A DNA stretch of 62,939 bases, filler included, from Aduncisulcus paluster (taxonomy: Eukaryota), in assembly GCA_024181965.1 (NCBI GenBank). It is 5 parts of 5 records of this genome, joined end to end, with 100 filler letters (N's around TTAATTAATTAA, not from the genome) between each part and the next. Parts side by side here need not be neighbours in the genome. Positions count along the whole stretch, not along the records: positions 20,039 to 30,414 come from BQXS01012429.1; positions 30,515 to 48,534 come from BQXS01012430.1; 3 more parts are not named here. One strand, 5' to 3'. Position numbers and translations under genes: made by a program. Shown here one piece after another: positions 22,152 through 33,500 of the stretch. The notes under the pieces were generated by a model. That model searched no databases and was not told the DNA's origin. It worked only from the letters and a program-made list of their open reading frames with translations. Position 1 is the first letter of the stretch. The number at the start of each line of letters is the position of its first letter.

Positions 22152-23833
22152 ACTTAATATCTATAAAAATTGGTTTGGCAAGAAAAAACTCAGTTTTCAT
22201 ATATATATGTGAATTGGAGTATTTTTCTCATACGTAAATGCAATGAATAATAAATCAATCCTTTTTTAAACGCATGGTATCCAAAACAATCCGAAAATAA
22301 TCTCGAGAAACTTGATGATCTTGAAAGAGCGATTTGCATGAGAATCGACACTCGCCATTAATAGAATAGGTCTCTCAAGTCTTTCAAAGTTCATTTTAAC
22401 GTTTAATGAGGGGGGTTTGTGAACATGAATCACTCATCCTCGTTGTTAATTTGAGTTCTGAATCAGAACTTCAAATCAAGGAGCCAGATGAAGTTTGTCA
22501 CTTCCACTGGAAGAATGCCATTCTGAAATTTATGATTATCTTCCTTTTCTGGTCATCCTTATAATATTTATTTCTACATAAACAGTCACATCAGAAAATT
22601 CTGACATAAAACAAGATGGTTCTTATCTTCGCTCTCTCATGATTCAAACAATAACAAGAAACCCGTGATAGGTAGATATCGTCATGCCTTTTTCCAACTT
22701 CTTCAAAATAATACTAAAACTGATCCCAGGCATCTAATATACAAAAGAAATAATCATATTACTTTTATACCTATGGACTTACGATAACAGATTAATACAA
22801 CCAAGATTGGAGGAAATGGAGAACAATAACAAATATATAAAAATAACAACCTAACAATAAAATTCTATAAGCAATTTTTTTTATTGTCTAAAATAAAAAA
22901 TTAGAAGCATTCTGGAACATTGTACAAGAAGAATGAGAAACACAATGCGACGAACACAACACAATATATCAAAAAACAGTTCAATAAAAATAAAAACAAC
23001 AAATAACAAATATAAGATTTTAAAAGAATTATTTTTTTTTTTAGTTTAGGAAAACAAGAATGATAAGAAAGGAAACTCATTTTTTTTTTTTTTTTTTTTT
23101 TTTTTTGTTGCTGTTGTTGAATATATAAAGTTTTATATATATAATAAAAACGAGGATGAAGGCGATAGTTTGTAAAAAAAGATCATATTTTGCCACTCAA
23201 AAGTGTATCAAAGAATTTATAGAGAAATATCCAAAAATACATTTGAAAATTAGAAAATAAGAAATCTGTATTGTTAAAATATACTCTAGAATTGCTAAGA
23301 TACCAAACAACACTTGTATTGAAATAATAAAGAAAAGGGTGAGGAGAAAGAAAGTTCATGACAACCTTGAAAATAAAATAATAAGAAAATAGAAATATAT
23401 GAGTTAATTTTATGCATCTTATATAGTATGTAAAGACATTCAATTGCATGGGGGGGAGGGGGGATCTATAATTAATCAATAATTAAATTAAAACTAAGAA
23501 AAATATAATATAATATATAATAAATATAATATAATAAAAAAAGCTAATATATACTTTAATGTGGAGAGCATTCATATGTGTTAAAATTAAAATTTAATTT
23601 AAAAATGTTAAGAGAACAAATTTTTAGTGAATTTAGAAGAATTGTAGAGAAAAAGAAATCATAAATATAAAGGTAAGAAAATCTAAAATTAGTACAAAGG
23701 AGGTGTAGTAACCCAAAAATAGATTCTTGTTAAAAAGAATTTTAACAAATAATGCTCAAAAATTTCTCAAAACTATCTCAATAAAGATAGAAAGATGAGC
23801 GATTGTAAAAAAAAATATCTCAGGAAAAACGAG

Positions 23834-23864
<31 letters not shown>

Positions 23865-23994
23865 CGGCAATATCATAAAAATAAATAAATAAATAAAATC
23901 AAGGTTTCTACAAAAAAGATTGAAAAATAAGAGGACTCATGAGTGTTTCAATAAAAAGAAAATTAGATTTTGAAATAATATCGATAATTCTTGC

Positions 23995-26406
23995 TCATTC
24001 TTCTTCTTCCCTTCCATGTGATTGCACGGTCTTGTCTTGTTCCATTTGAGGTTGATCCGTGAAGTGTCCTTGATGTTCACCCGATTGTGAATATCTCTGC
24101 TGAGAGGTTGTCGAGACCATTGAAGAATCTCTCTGGATACTCTCTTGGGATGAGGCTGTCACTCTTGGGAATACCATTTCAGGATACGAATTAGTTCCAT
24201 CTTGCTTGTGATTGTATTTCGAGAATCCATGTGAGGAAAGCTGTTGCCGAGATGAAGATTCCCTGTCTTCATGCGGGGATTGATGCTGTACCCCTGGCCC
24301 ATATATCATCTCAATGCGTTCACGAAGAGCACGAACACTCTCAGTCTGCGTTATAGATCCGTGGGAAGCTGATTCTCTTTCAGGATGTGCCATAGACCCA
24401 CCCCTAGATTGATACTGGTCAACAGATTGTCTCAATGGTAAACCATCGTGTTGCAGGGACAGATCAGTAGCTTCTGTTTGAACTTCAAGAGATGCACTGG
24501 AAAGAGGTGGGATGCTAATCGTAGTGGTTTGGACTCCTGAAGTACCAGCAGACGAAGTAGTAGAAATAGAGGTGAATGAAGGCATAACAAAAGAGGCTGA
24601 ATAAGGTCCAGAGGCTGAATAATTCTTATGCTCACCACTACTAGTGTCTCCGGAGCCAGAGGAATACATTGGCATGGTGACTAATGATCCCCTCTCATAC
24701 TCTGTCTGAGAACTTTGAGGGATTGAATAGTGACGAGGAATGGAAGAGGAAATAGAGGAAGAAAGAGATGAAGTCGTTCCGATAGTACTGCATATGGACC
24801 TTGCAGAGGAGCCCCGAGCACTAAAGTCGCTGATATGACTCCTTCCAGAAGGCTGAGAAGCTTCATGGGAAAGGCTATCACATTGAATGGATTCAATAGA
24901 GTGTCCCAACCAATTAGGACCAGGAATCTCAGACCCGAAAGAAGGGCCATGAGTTTGCATCTCAGACCCGAAAGAAGGGCCATGAGTTTGCTTATGAGGT
25001 CCATATTGGTGATGCCGAGAGATCTCATGCTTCATATCCTGACCCTCAAAGGGGGGATTCATACGCTCGCCATACTCACCACCACCCATAGTACTTGATG
25101 ATGGGGAATGTTGCTGAATGGTTGAGCTCTGGGTGGAATGCCGATCTGGAGCGAAGCTCGACAGGATCTTTTGTTTAGATTCCTTTGATGCAGGCATACT
25201 GGCCATTGCAGCCCGGAAAGAATAGATGGGAGATGTATCTGGGAGATCATTATCCATCTCAGAAGAAGCGTGATTGCTGTAATAATGAAAAGATGGCGGA
25301 ACAGAAGTTGAGATATTGCCGATACGATGAACAGGGGGCCCGGAAGAAAATTCAAAGGACCCACGTCGGCCAGAGAAAGAAGAAGAGTGTTCTCGTCCAC
25401 TACTTGAATCAGTCCTTACAACTTCAAGGGATGATCGCCGCACAGGCAGCTCAAAACTCGGCGAACTTTCAAAATCACGGCGTTGCAATGATGCTGATGC
25501 AGAAGAAAACCCTCGAGCCCCATGCCGATCCAAAGCAGGGGAAGAAAAGAACTTTTCCCCAGGGGAAGACTCTGTCCAGAGAATGGGGACGGACGATGAA
25601 TGTAGGGTCTTGTCAGTGGAAGTTGGGGTCTTCAGAGTCGCAGGAAAGGCACTTTGTTGAGACCTCGGTGATACCACACGAGAGCAAGAATTAGAGCGAG
25701 ATGAAGAAGGGGAAACTGAATCAGAATGAAAACGAAAGTGATCTTGACTTGAAAGGGAAGGAAATGGTTGGGAAGGTGGAGGAGGAAACTCATGATGAAC
25801 GGAACTATCCTGAAAGTAACTTTTGTTTGTTGTTTGTCCATGTAAAGATGAAATCGAAGGAGGACGAGGAATAACGGTCGTTGAATTCCATTGTAAATAT
25901 GGTGTAGGAATTGAATGAAGAGCAGAAGAATGAGAAGGAATAACTTGATAAGAATGAGGGCTAAATGATAAAGGATCCATCCCTTGATAAGGTTGATAGT
26001 CAGAATGATCGGGATAAAAATATGAAAAGGGAGGATTAATGTCAGAAATAAGGTGATCTTGTGAAGAAGAATGAGTTGTTATTTGTGAGATTGCTTGTTT
26101 GGTCTTAGATATCTCAGAATCTTCAATATCCGTAGGAGGTGCTTTATATCCCTTGTGAAACCACCAATTCTTCTTAATATACGATTTTTTGGCAGCTTCA
26201 CAAGTTAAAATGTTTCCATCTACCTTTAATCCATGAAAATGAGCAATCGCCTTAAATTCTTCATCTTGGGTTTCATAATCAAGAAAACAATATTTCACAT
26301 CAGGTTTAGGTCTAGTAAAATTAATTAAATGTCCTATTTTCATGGCCCTTTCGACAATAGATTGAGATGTGGTGGATACATTAATATTGCGAATAATTAT
26401 GCACAT
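23995..26406 (-). CDS. RRM RNA-binding protein with a long Ser/Pro/His-rich disordered tail
   Basis: N-terminal IIIRNI (RNP2-like), KYCFLDY (RNP1-like) and AIAHFHGLKVDGNILTCEAAK; 803 aa. Confidence 0.8.
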   Translation of the reverse strand: MCIIIRNINVSTTSQSIVERAMKIGHLINFTRPKPDVKYCFLDYETQDEEFKAIAHFHGLKVDGNILTCEAAKKSYIKKNWWFHKGYKAPPTDIEDSEISKTKQAISQITTHSSSQDHLISDINPPFSYFYPDHSDYQPYQGMDPLSFSPHSYQVIPSHSSALHSIPTPYLQWNSTTVIPRPPSISSLHGQTTNKSYFQDSSVHHEFPPPPSQPFPSLSSQDHFRFHSDSVSPSSSRSNSCSRVVSPRSQQSAFPATLKTPTSTDKTLHSSSVPILWTESSPGEKFFSSPALDRHGARGFSSASASLQRRDFESSPSFELPVRRSSLEVVRTDSSSGREHSSSFSGRRGSFEFSSGPPVHRIGNISTSVPPSFHYYSNHASSEMDNDLPDTSPIYSFRAAMASMPASKESKQKILSSFAPDRHSTQSSTIQQHSPSSSTMGGGEYGERMNPPFEGQDMKHEISRHHQYGPHKQTHGPSFGSEMQTHGPSFGSEIPGPNWLGHSIESIQCDSLSHEASQPSGRSHISDFSARGSSARSICSTIGTTSSLSSSISSSIPRHYSIPQSSQTEYERGSLVTMPMYSSGSGDTSSGEHKNYSASGPYSASFVMPSFTSISTTSSAGTSGVQTTTISIPPLSSASLEVQTEATDLSLQHDGLPLRQSVDQYQSRGGSMAHPERESASHGSITQTESVRALRERIEMIYGPGVQHQSPHEDRESSSRQQLSSHGFSKYNHKQDGTNSYPEMVFPRVTASSQESIQRDSSMVSTTSQQRYSQSGEHQGHFTDQPQMEQDKTVQSHGREEEE
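24926..24991. repeat. 33-bp in-frame tandem duplication (QTHGPSFGSE x2)
   Basis: atctcagacccgaaagaagggccatgagtttgc occurs twice in tandem. Confidence 0.95.
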
Positions 26407-26737
26407 GAGAAGTGGAAATCAGGGACTTATATATATTTGATATTCTTCTAAAACTATATGAAAAAGGACTAAGAACTCAATAAAATATTTCTGACCAAAA
26501 GGTCTCTACAATGAAAAGAAATAAGATCAAAAAAGAAATACCTTTGAAAATAACTTCTTTATTCGATACATATCAATAAATCATACTTTGAATATTGTGA
26601 CATGTCGTAGATGGCCAAGAATGGAAATTCATCACTTTTGACTGTTTTCTCAAATAAACATACTAAAAATTGAGTAAATATATTTTTAATTCGAATGTAA
26701 AAATAAAATGACCAAAGAATTATTGATTACAAAATCA

Positions 26738-27853
26738 TCAAGATTGTTCATCTTCAAGTTGTTCGGGGTTTTCTATCAACTCCCCCTTTATCTTCACCTT
26801 CTTATCCTTAGTATCGTCTTTTACATGTGATTCTTCTGCTTCTTTCGCATATTTCATTAACAATTCTATCTCTTCATCATATGGTCCAACTGTCTCCAAA
26901 ATAAGAGGCCGATTCGAAGTTAATGGATGAAACATAAGTGCTCTAAATCCTGCCTCACCAATCGAACCACGGGATATATTTTCATGTCTATCTTTGTGAG
27001 AATCACATGGAGTCTTGCTATCATTAAAATGCCAGCCTATGATGCAATCAGCTCCTAACAATGTCGCTGCCTGCCGACAATACCTCTCAACTCCAGTTTT
27101 CGACGAGAGATCATACCCGGCAGAATGAGCATGGCATGTATCTAAACAAAATAAAACACGATCTTGGAACTTTGGATCAACACGAGTTTTAATATCAGCC
27201 AGATCTTCGAGTTTCCCCCCAAGCACCGAACCAGCACCAGCAGTACACTCAAGAACAATGGCAACATCGCCAGTTCGTTTATCTTGAAAGACTTCATTTA
27301 TAGATTTTGCCGCTGTTGATATGGATTCAGTTCTGGTTTGTTTCATTCCAGCTCCAGGATGAACATTTAGATATTTCAACCCAAATTTGTGAGCAAGTTC
27401 CATTTCTAATATCATACGGGTTACACTTTTACCCCTTTTAACACTATCAGGGGAGGCGAAATTCACAAAGTATCCTGCATGAGGAAGAATAAATTTCGGA
27501 TCCATTTTCATTTTTTGAAGCTTCTCTTTAAATGTTTGAAGATCACTATCTGAAGGTTTTGATACGGCCCATCTCCGAGCACTTGTCAAAAAGAGAGCGA
27601 ATGAATAAGCTCCAATAGCAATAGCATTATCAATAGCTTGCGATTTTACACCTTCTGTTGCAACATGTGCTCCAGGAAAGAAGTCGCAAGCACATAATTT
27701 ATCCCTATCGACATGGTAAAGGGCGATTTCTTCCTCCTTCGTAAGAGGTTGAATCTTTTTCTCTGGTTTTACAATTTTAAACATATCATCAAGTGTTGTA
27801 TCTTTGATTTTTGGCCGTTTCATTCTATGTTTTATCAGAAAAGGTTTTCGCAT
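26738..27853 (-). CDS. APN1: AP endonuclease IV family (Apn1/Nfo)
   Basis: GAHV, ILPHAGYFVN, LNVHPG, VLECTAG, CLDTCHAHSAGYD, HFNDSK, DRHENI, ILET motifs. Confidence 0.95.
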   Translation of the reverse strand: MRKPFLIKHRMKRPKIKDTTLDDMFKIVKPEKKIQPLTKEEEIALYHVDRDKLCACDFFPGAHVATEGVKSQAIDNAIAIGAYSFALFLTSARRWAVSKPSDSDLQTFKEKLQKMKMDPKFILPHAGYFVNFASPDSVKRGKSVTRMILEMELAHKFGLKYLNVHPGAGMKQTRTESISTAAKSINEVFQDKRTGDVAIVLECTAGAGSVLGGKLEDLADIKTRVDPKFQDRVLFCLDTCHAHSAGYDLSSKTGVERYCRQAATLLGADCIIGWHFNDSKTPCDSHKDRHENISRGSIGEAGFRALMFHPLTSNRPLILETVGPYDEEIELLMKYAKEAEESHVKDDTKDKKVKIKGELIENPEQLEDEQS

Positions 27854-28064
27854 TATCGAGAATTCGATTGATCCACGGAGTGATTTTGTCGAATCGGCTT
27901 CGGTTTGTGTCCACGAGATTAAAAATTAAATTTAATGTGATGTGAATAAATAAACACTGTCCAATTTTAATCTAACTGGAAAATATTGATGTAATATTAT
28001 CAGATATCCACAAAGGAGATTTCTGTCTTCGACATTATCATTAAACAAAATTTTAACATTATAA

Positions 28065-28634
28065 ATGGACGACCATTATAAAGTAGTGCTACTTGGTGAT
28101 AGTGGTGTTGGAAAAACTTCATTAGTTTTACGTTTTGTAAAGAATGAGTACAAAGCTGAAGTATTGTCAACTATTGGGGCTGCATTCTTCGCAAAAACTG
28201 TTCAAACTTCTCAAGGAACTGTTAAATTTGAAATTTGGGATACTGCGGGTCAAGAACGTTACAGATCTCTTACCCCCATGTATTATCGTGATGCCAGTTC
28301 CATCGTTGTGGCATATGATATTACTGATGAACACACCTTCCGGATTGCCCAAAATTGGGTCGATGAGGTTACTGCTATGACTGGAGATGATGTGGTTATC
28401 ATTTTGGTCGGAAATAAGTCTGACTGCTCTGCCACTGATCGGGCTATTGATCGTTCAACCGCTGAATCATACGCCGCTGAAAAGAGTCTCCTTTTTGTTG
28501 AAGCTAGTGCCAAAACTGGTGCTTGTGTTAATGATATTTTTGTATCAATCGCTGAAAAACTTGTTGGAAGAGAAGGTAAAGGTTCTGGTGTTGATATTGA
28601 TAGTACTGGTGGATCAGGTGGATGTGGATGTTAA
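28065..28634 (+). CDS. RAB5: Rab GTPase, Rab5/Rab22 group
   Basis: GDSGVGKTS, STIGAAF, WDTAGQERYRSLTPMYYR, GNKSD, EASAK and a C-terminal CGC prenylation motif. Confidence 0.88.
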   Translation: MDDHYKVVLLGDSGVGKTSLVLRFVKNEYKAEVLSTIGAAFFAKTVQTSQGTVKFEIWDTAGQERYRSLTPMYYRDASSIVVAYDITDEHTFRIAQNWVDEVTAMTGDDVVIILVGNKSDCSATDRAIDRSTAESYAAEKSLLFVEASAKTGACVNDIFVSIAEKLVGREGKGSGVDIDSTGGSGGCGC

Positions 28635-28835
28635 TTTCATTATATCTCACACATCGAATATCAAATTTTCTATCTCGCTTTAGCGTGAATAGTATTCACA
28701 CATAACAAGATTTTTTTTTTCATATTTTAATAAAGCATTCATGTTTTAATCAAATTTATTTTAGTATTTATTATTATATTATTTTTTTGTGCATGATCTC
28801 AATCTTAATCATTCAAATCACCTTTTTGAGTCGTT

Positions 28836-30135
28836 ATGGAGCGTAAAGAATCAGCTCAACAACTTGTGTCAAAAGATATAAATGAAGGGGAGTATCCACC
28901 TTCATCTGATGCTGTAATTAGCTCTAAAACCTCTGTCAAAAGGCGTAATCCCGATGAAAAGAGTGTTATCCATAAAAGATCTTCAAAAAAGGGAACAGCT
29001 TTCACGGCACCACCCCCTATTGAAACTATCTATGGTAAAACTCGTGTTGTTGCCATGTGTTTAAGTTATTTAGGATCTCGATACTCTGGTCTCCAATTGA
29101 ATCCCGACGTTGTAACAATTGAACATAAGCTCCTTGAAGCATTTAATGCTGCAAAAATTTTCCCTCGTCATGATGGAACTCAAGACACTTTGAAAGGAAT
29201 TAAATATTCCCGTGCTGGTCGAACTGACAAAGGAGTCCATGCCGAACGTTTAACCATCTCTTTCAAAGCCCGTCTTAAAGAAAACATGATTGCTGATGTC
29301 AATGCCGCTCTTCCCGAGGATATTCGTCTCCAAGGTGTGATTCCTGTTACTAATTCTTTTGACAGTAAGGGCAGATGTGACCGTCGTATATATGAATATA
29401 TGCTCCCATTGTATGCCCTTTTACCGGTTTCGAATTATGACGACTCTCAAAGAAAGTTCAAAGAAGTTGTATATGGTTGTGCCAAGGATGATTCCCAAGG
29501 TCTCGACTCTGAAATTATCGCTTCTTGTGTTTCTCCATATGATTTTCTCGATATTCCCTTGCCAGAGTCTGTCGAAGACCGTGATGCCAAATTGCTCAAA
29601 GAATTTGAGAATGAGAAGAAACTTTTTACCTCTTCCCAACATTCTCCCCTTAAACCAGAGCATACAATTGATCACAGGAAACAAGAGACTTCTACCAAAG
29701 GTTCTGAAGACTCAAAAGCCGATAATGAAGAATCTTCCTCACATCTTGAACAATCAAAAATGTCCGGAGATCAAGTCCCTCCTCTCTTCTCACATGAGGA
29801 AAGATATCAGTTCCGTGGGAAAAGACATCCGCTGACATGTCCTGACACCCGTTCATCTGCACCCACCCCTCCAGATCGTCCATCAATCACCTCTCTGTCC
29901 GTCAATCCGACAGATATTGGTCGTTTAGATGCTCTCCTATCTCTGTATGAAGGATCGCATCGTTACCATAACTTTACAGTCAGAATCAAGCCTACACAAG
30001 CACAGGCCATGCGGTATATCCTACGATGTGGTGTCGAGGATGTTCTTTGCCCACAGTGCGAAGCCGAATGGAATAGAGTTGAACGAGAGAAGAAAATGAA
30101 GAGAGATCAAGAGAAGAAGGAAGAAGAGAGGAAAA

Positions 30136-30169
<34 letters not shown>

Positions 30170-30414
30170 AAAGAAAGAGCACCAGCAAGAAGATGGTGAA
30201 GTGGAAGGAGAGAAAGAAAGAGAGAAAGAAGAAGTTAAAGAAGTTTCTCAACGGGTTTTATGTAGGTCTATATTACCTGTGTGGATAAGGAGACGTCATG
30301 TCAGCGAGGAAGCTTCGTTGATTGCAAGCAAGAAGAAGAGACGGAGAGATTCTGATAATGTTGATGAATCTATTCAGAAGGAAAGAATGTGTGCCTCCCG
30401 TATTGATTCATTGA
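28836..30414 (+). CDS. PUS1: tRNA pseudouridine synthase, TruA/Pus1 family, 3'-truncated at contig end
   Basis: SYLGSRYSGLQ, SRAGRTDKGVHA (catalytic Asp), CDRRIYEYMLP, YEGSHRYHNFT. Confidence 0.9.
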
Positions 30415-30514
30415 NNNNNNNNNNNNNNNNNNNNNNNNNNNNNNNNNNNNNNNNNNNNTTAATTAATTAANNNNNNNNNNNNNNNNNNNNNNNNNNNNNN
30501 NNNNNNNNNNNNNN
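30415..30514. other. Artificial contig linker
   Basis: N44-TTAATTAATTAA-N44. Confidence 0.98.
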
Positions 30515-33500
30515 ATTTTCCCTCCAATATGTTGCAAACACCACTGCATCATATTTGTGTGAGAAATCATACCTTGATTATGAATCAATCAATTCAATTG
30601 TTGGATCTACATATAAAGATTACTTTATTCCTGCAATTACCAATATTTCCTCCTCTATTGAAATCCTCAGAACGACCCATTCCATTGAAGATACCCCTTT
30701 CTCTGATTGCACAGCTTATTCATCTTTCACCCACCTTTCATCCTTGCTAAACACATTAGTTGGCTCCTTTGATGATATTTCAAGCGGCATCACAACATCT
30801 CTGACCTTTGATATCAGTTCTGATCTCTACTCTTCTCTCCCCTCTAAGCTCAACAGATCATACCAATTATTAATGAAGGAGTTTGTATCAAACAATGTAC
30901 ACCTGTCGATGACATCTGACATATCCGAGGTTAGAGGCTCGTTTGAGGTCTCTTCAACAATAGATACTCCCATCGATGGTATGGTTGTGGGTGGTTTCAT
31001 TGCTGGCTTTGATGGAGTCGATGAGAATGGTACTTCCGGTCTTGGATATGACTTTGATATTGTTGCAAGTCTGAAAGTGACCGATTTGGATGAAGGATCA
31101 TCGAAAGTACTGTTTTATGGAGGTGGTACGGGAAAATCAATTGATATTGCTGCTTTTGAAAATGATACTACATTGGTTGACACTCTCACAATATCAGAAT
31201 CTATCATTGAGCTCTCTGACGTACAAGTTCTCAGTCTAAACTCTGACCCTCTCCAACCCGTTGGACATGCTGTTTATACCTCATCCAGTGACATTTCCAT
31301 TGACAAAAAGTCATTTTCCCAAGATGTTCAAATTGATCACTCTCAAGATTCTCCAAAAAGAGCAATATTTCAGTCAAAGCATGAAACATACTCAGAATTG
31401 CATGATTCTGTTGATGTGAACCCTTTGGACACGTCGTGCAGTGCTCCAACTCAGTATTTGTTGAATGAAGCATGTGTTACATGCCCTATTGGATACGGAT
31501 GTGATGGAGAAGTGACCTTATCGAAGTGTGAACCTCTAACTGTTGATGATAGTGACGAATCTATTCATCAATTCTTCCGAGGAGATCTTTTATTCATGGA
31601 ACACAAAGTCAATGATGATTCCCTCAATCCGATCTATTCTTGTCCTTATTCGACAGCCTTCAGTGCCTTCATCAATAGTACTGTGCATACATTTGAAGCT
31701 TTGGATTCATACACTCATCATATCGTCTCTGAACACGTGATATCTGAGACTTTGTTAGAGAAAGTATGGGATCATACCTATTTGGACAGTGTGTTTAAGA
31801 ATGAAATAACGCAGATGATGAACAGTTCTGAAGAAGAATCAGATTCTCAATATTCTTACACTTATGTGACTGATTTTGGAGATGTGGATGATGTCAATGT
31901 CCACGGATACAATGTGGTAAGATCACATCTCGTGTCTTTGCCATCAAGATGGGATATTTATGTTGACTTTCGATTTGATACAAGTGAAGATTTCCCAGAA
32001 CCTCAATTCCAGCATAGATACGTGATTTTCTTCCACAAATCCTCCATTGATACGCAAATATTCTCGAATTGGCAATGTACTCTGTGCACGGATGTTATTA
32101 CAGTCCAAAGCTCCTCTTCTGCCACCTATTACTCCTCTCAAGGACTTGTCTTTACTTATACCGATGATGATGAAATTGATTCCTCTGTTTCTCCAGTATT
32201 TGATGACTCAGGCAGTGAATTCCTCATTCAAAGCCGTAAAGTGGTCGTAGACGCTGATTATGCCATGGATTCCCAGTCCATGGCTACTGATGTTAAAGCT
32301 GTCAGCCGAGTGATCTCTCTAACTCTTCACTTTTCTCACTCTGAAAGATCGATGTATTTTATTGAAAATAACCGTCTGATTGGCTCTGGGTTCTATTCCC
32401 AAGACTACTCTGCCCCATATGAAATTGGGGTAGGTGTTGTTGATGCAACTGCAGCACTGGCATTCGGACAGGATATCTCTCTTTTCCCAGGCATTAATAA
32501 CAATACGGGCAAAGTGATTGACTCATCTTTACCCTCATTCTCTATCTCTGACCAGCAAAACCAGAACGTCGACCATATTTACCCTGTTCAACATGAAATA
32601 CGGATTAGAGATGTATATTATGACGTTGTTTCTAATGATTTGGTCTATTTGATGGGACTATCATCAGATCTAACGAATAATATCCTTAAGTTGGGGAACT
32701 TCTCGGAAGAACAGGAAGAGAAGTTGATTGACACTGAATATTTGAGTGAGTTATCTCTCCCATTCCTCAAATCGGTCTATTTAAACGTCAGAGAGACTGT
32801 TGCTGTTGTAACACCATCTAACTTGATAACCAGTCGTGAATGGACAGACATCTCCCTTCCAGATGTTAATTTGAGTCCGAATGATATGCGAATTGGTGAT
32901 TACCTAGCTTGGAGTCTTGATGATATCAGATCTGCAGAGAAATCCATCTCCTCGACTTCGACAGTTGCCTTGTTCATCGCAGCCGATTGTTCTGGATCTG
33001 ATGATGGATGCTATATAAGTAATATGAATATCCAAGGCTATGACAATGATAACATCTTATATCCTCTGTCTGCAGAATCTGGAGATGACAATCCACTTTC
33101 TTGTTACGGAGAAGAAGGTGAACTCAATACATGTTCTTCTGTTACAACTGGAGTCGCAACCTCATTCATTTCTTCAAATACAACCAATTCTATACACCCA
33201 TCCCTTGTCATTGGAATTCCAAACGATTGGGAAGGAATCTCATCTTTTTCCATTGAGTTCTCCTCAACATCAAATAGCACGTCGATTCATAATGTTGGTA
33301 TATATGCTTGTCCTCTGAGTGCATTCACATTAGGCACAGCGGAATCCCCTAAATCGGCCTCCCTGGATCATTTCTTCTCTCCAACGGACCCTGTTGCCAA
33401 TCCATTACCATCTTCCCTGAAGAATCTGTACTCCCGTTATTGTCAAAAATTATTCCACGAGCAAAGGCGTTATGTCCCATATATCCATACTCCTCCTGCT

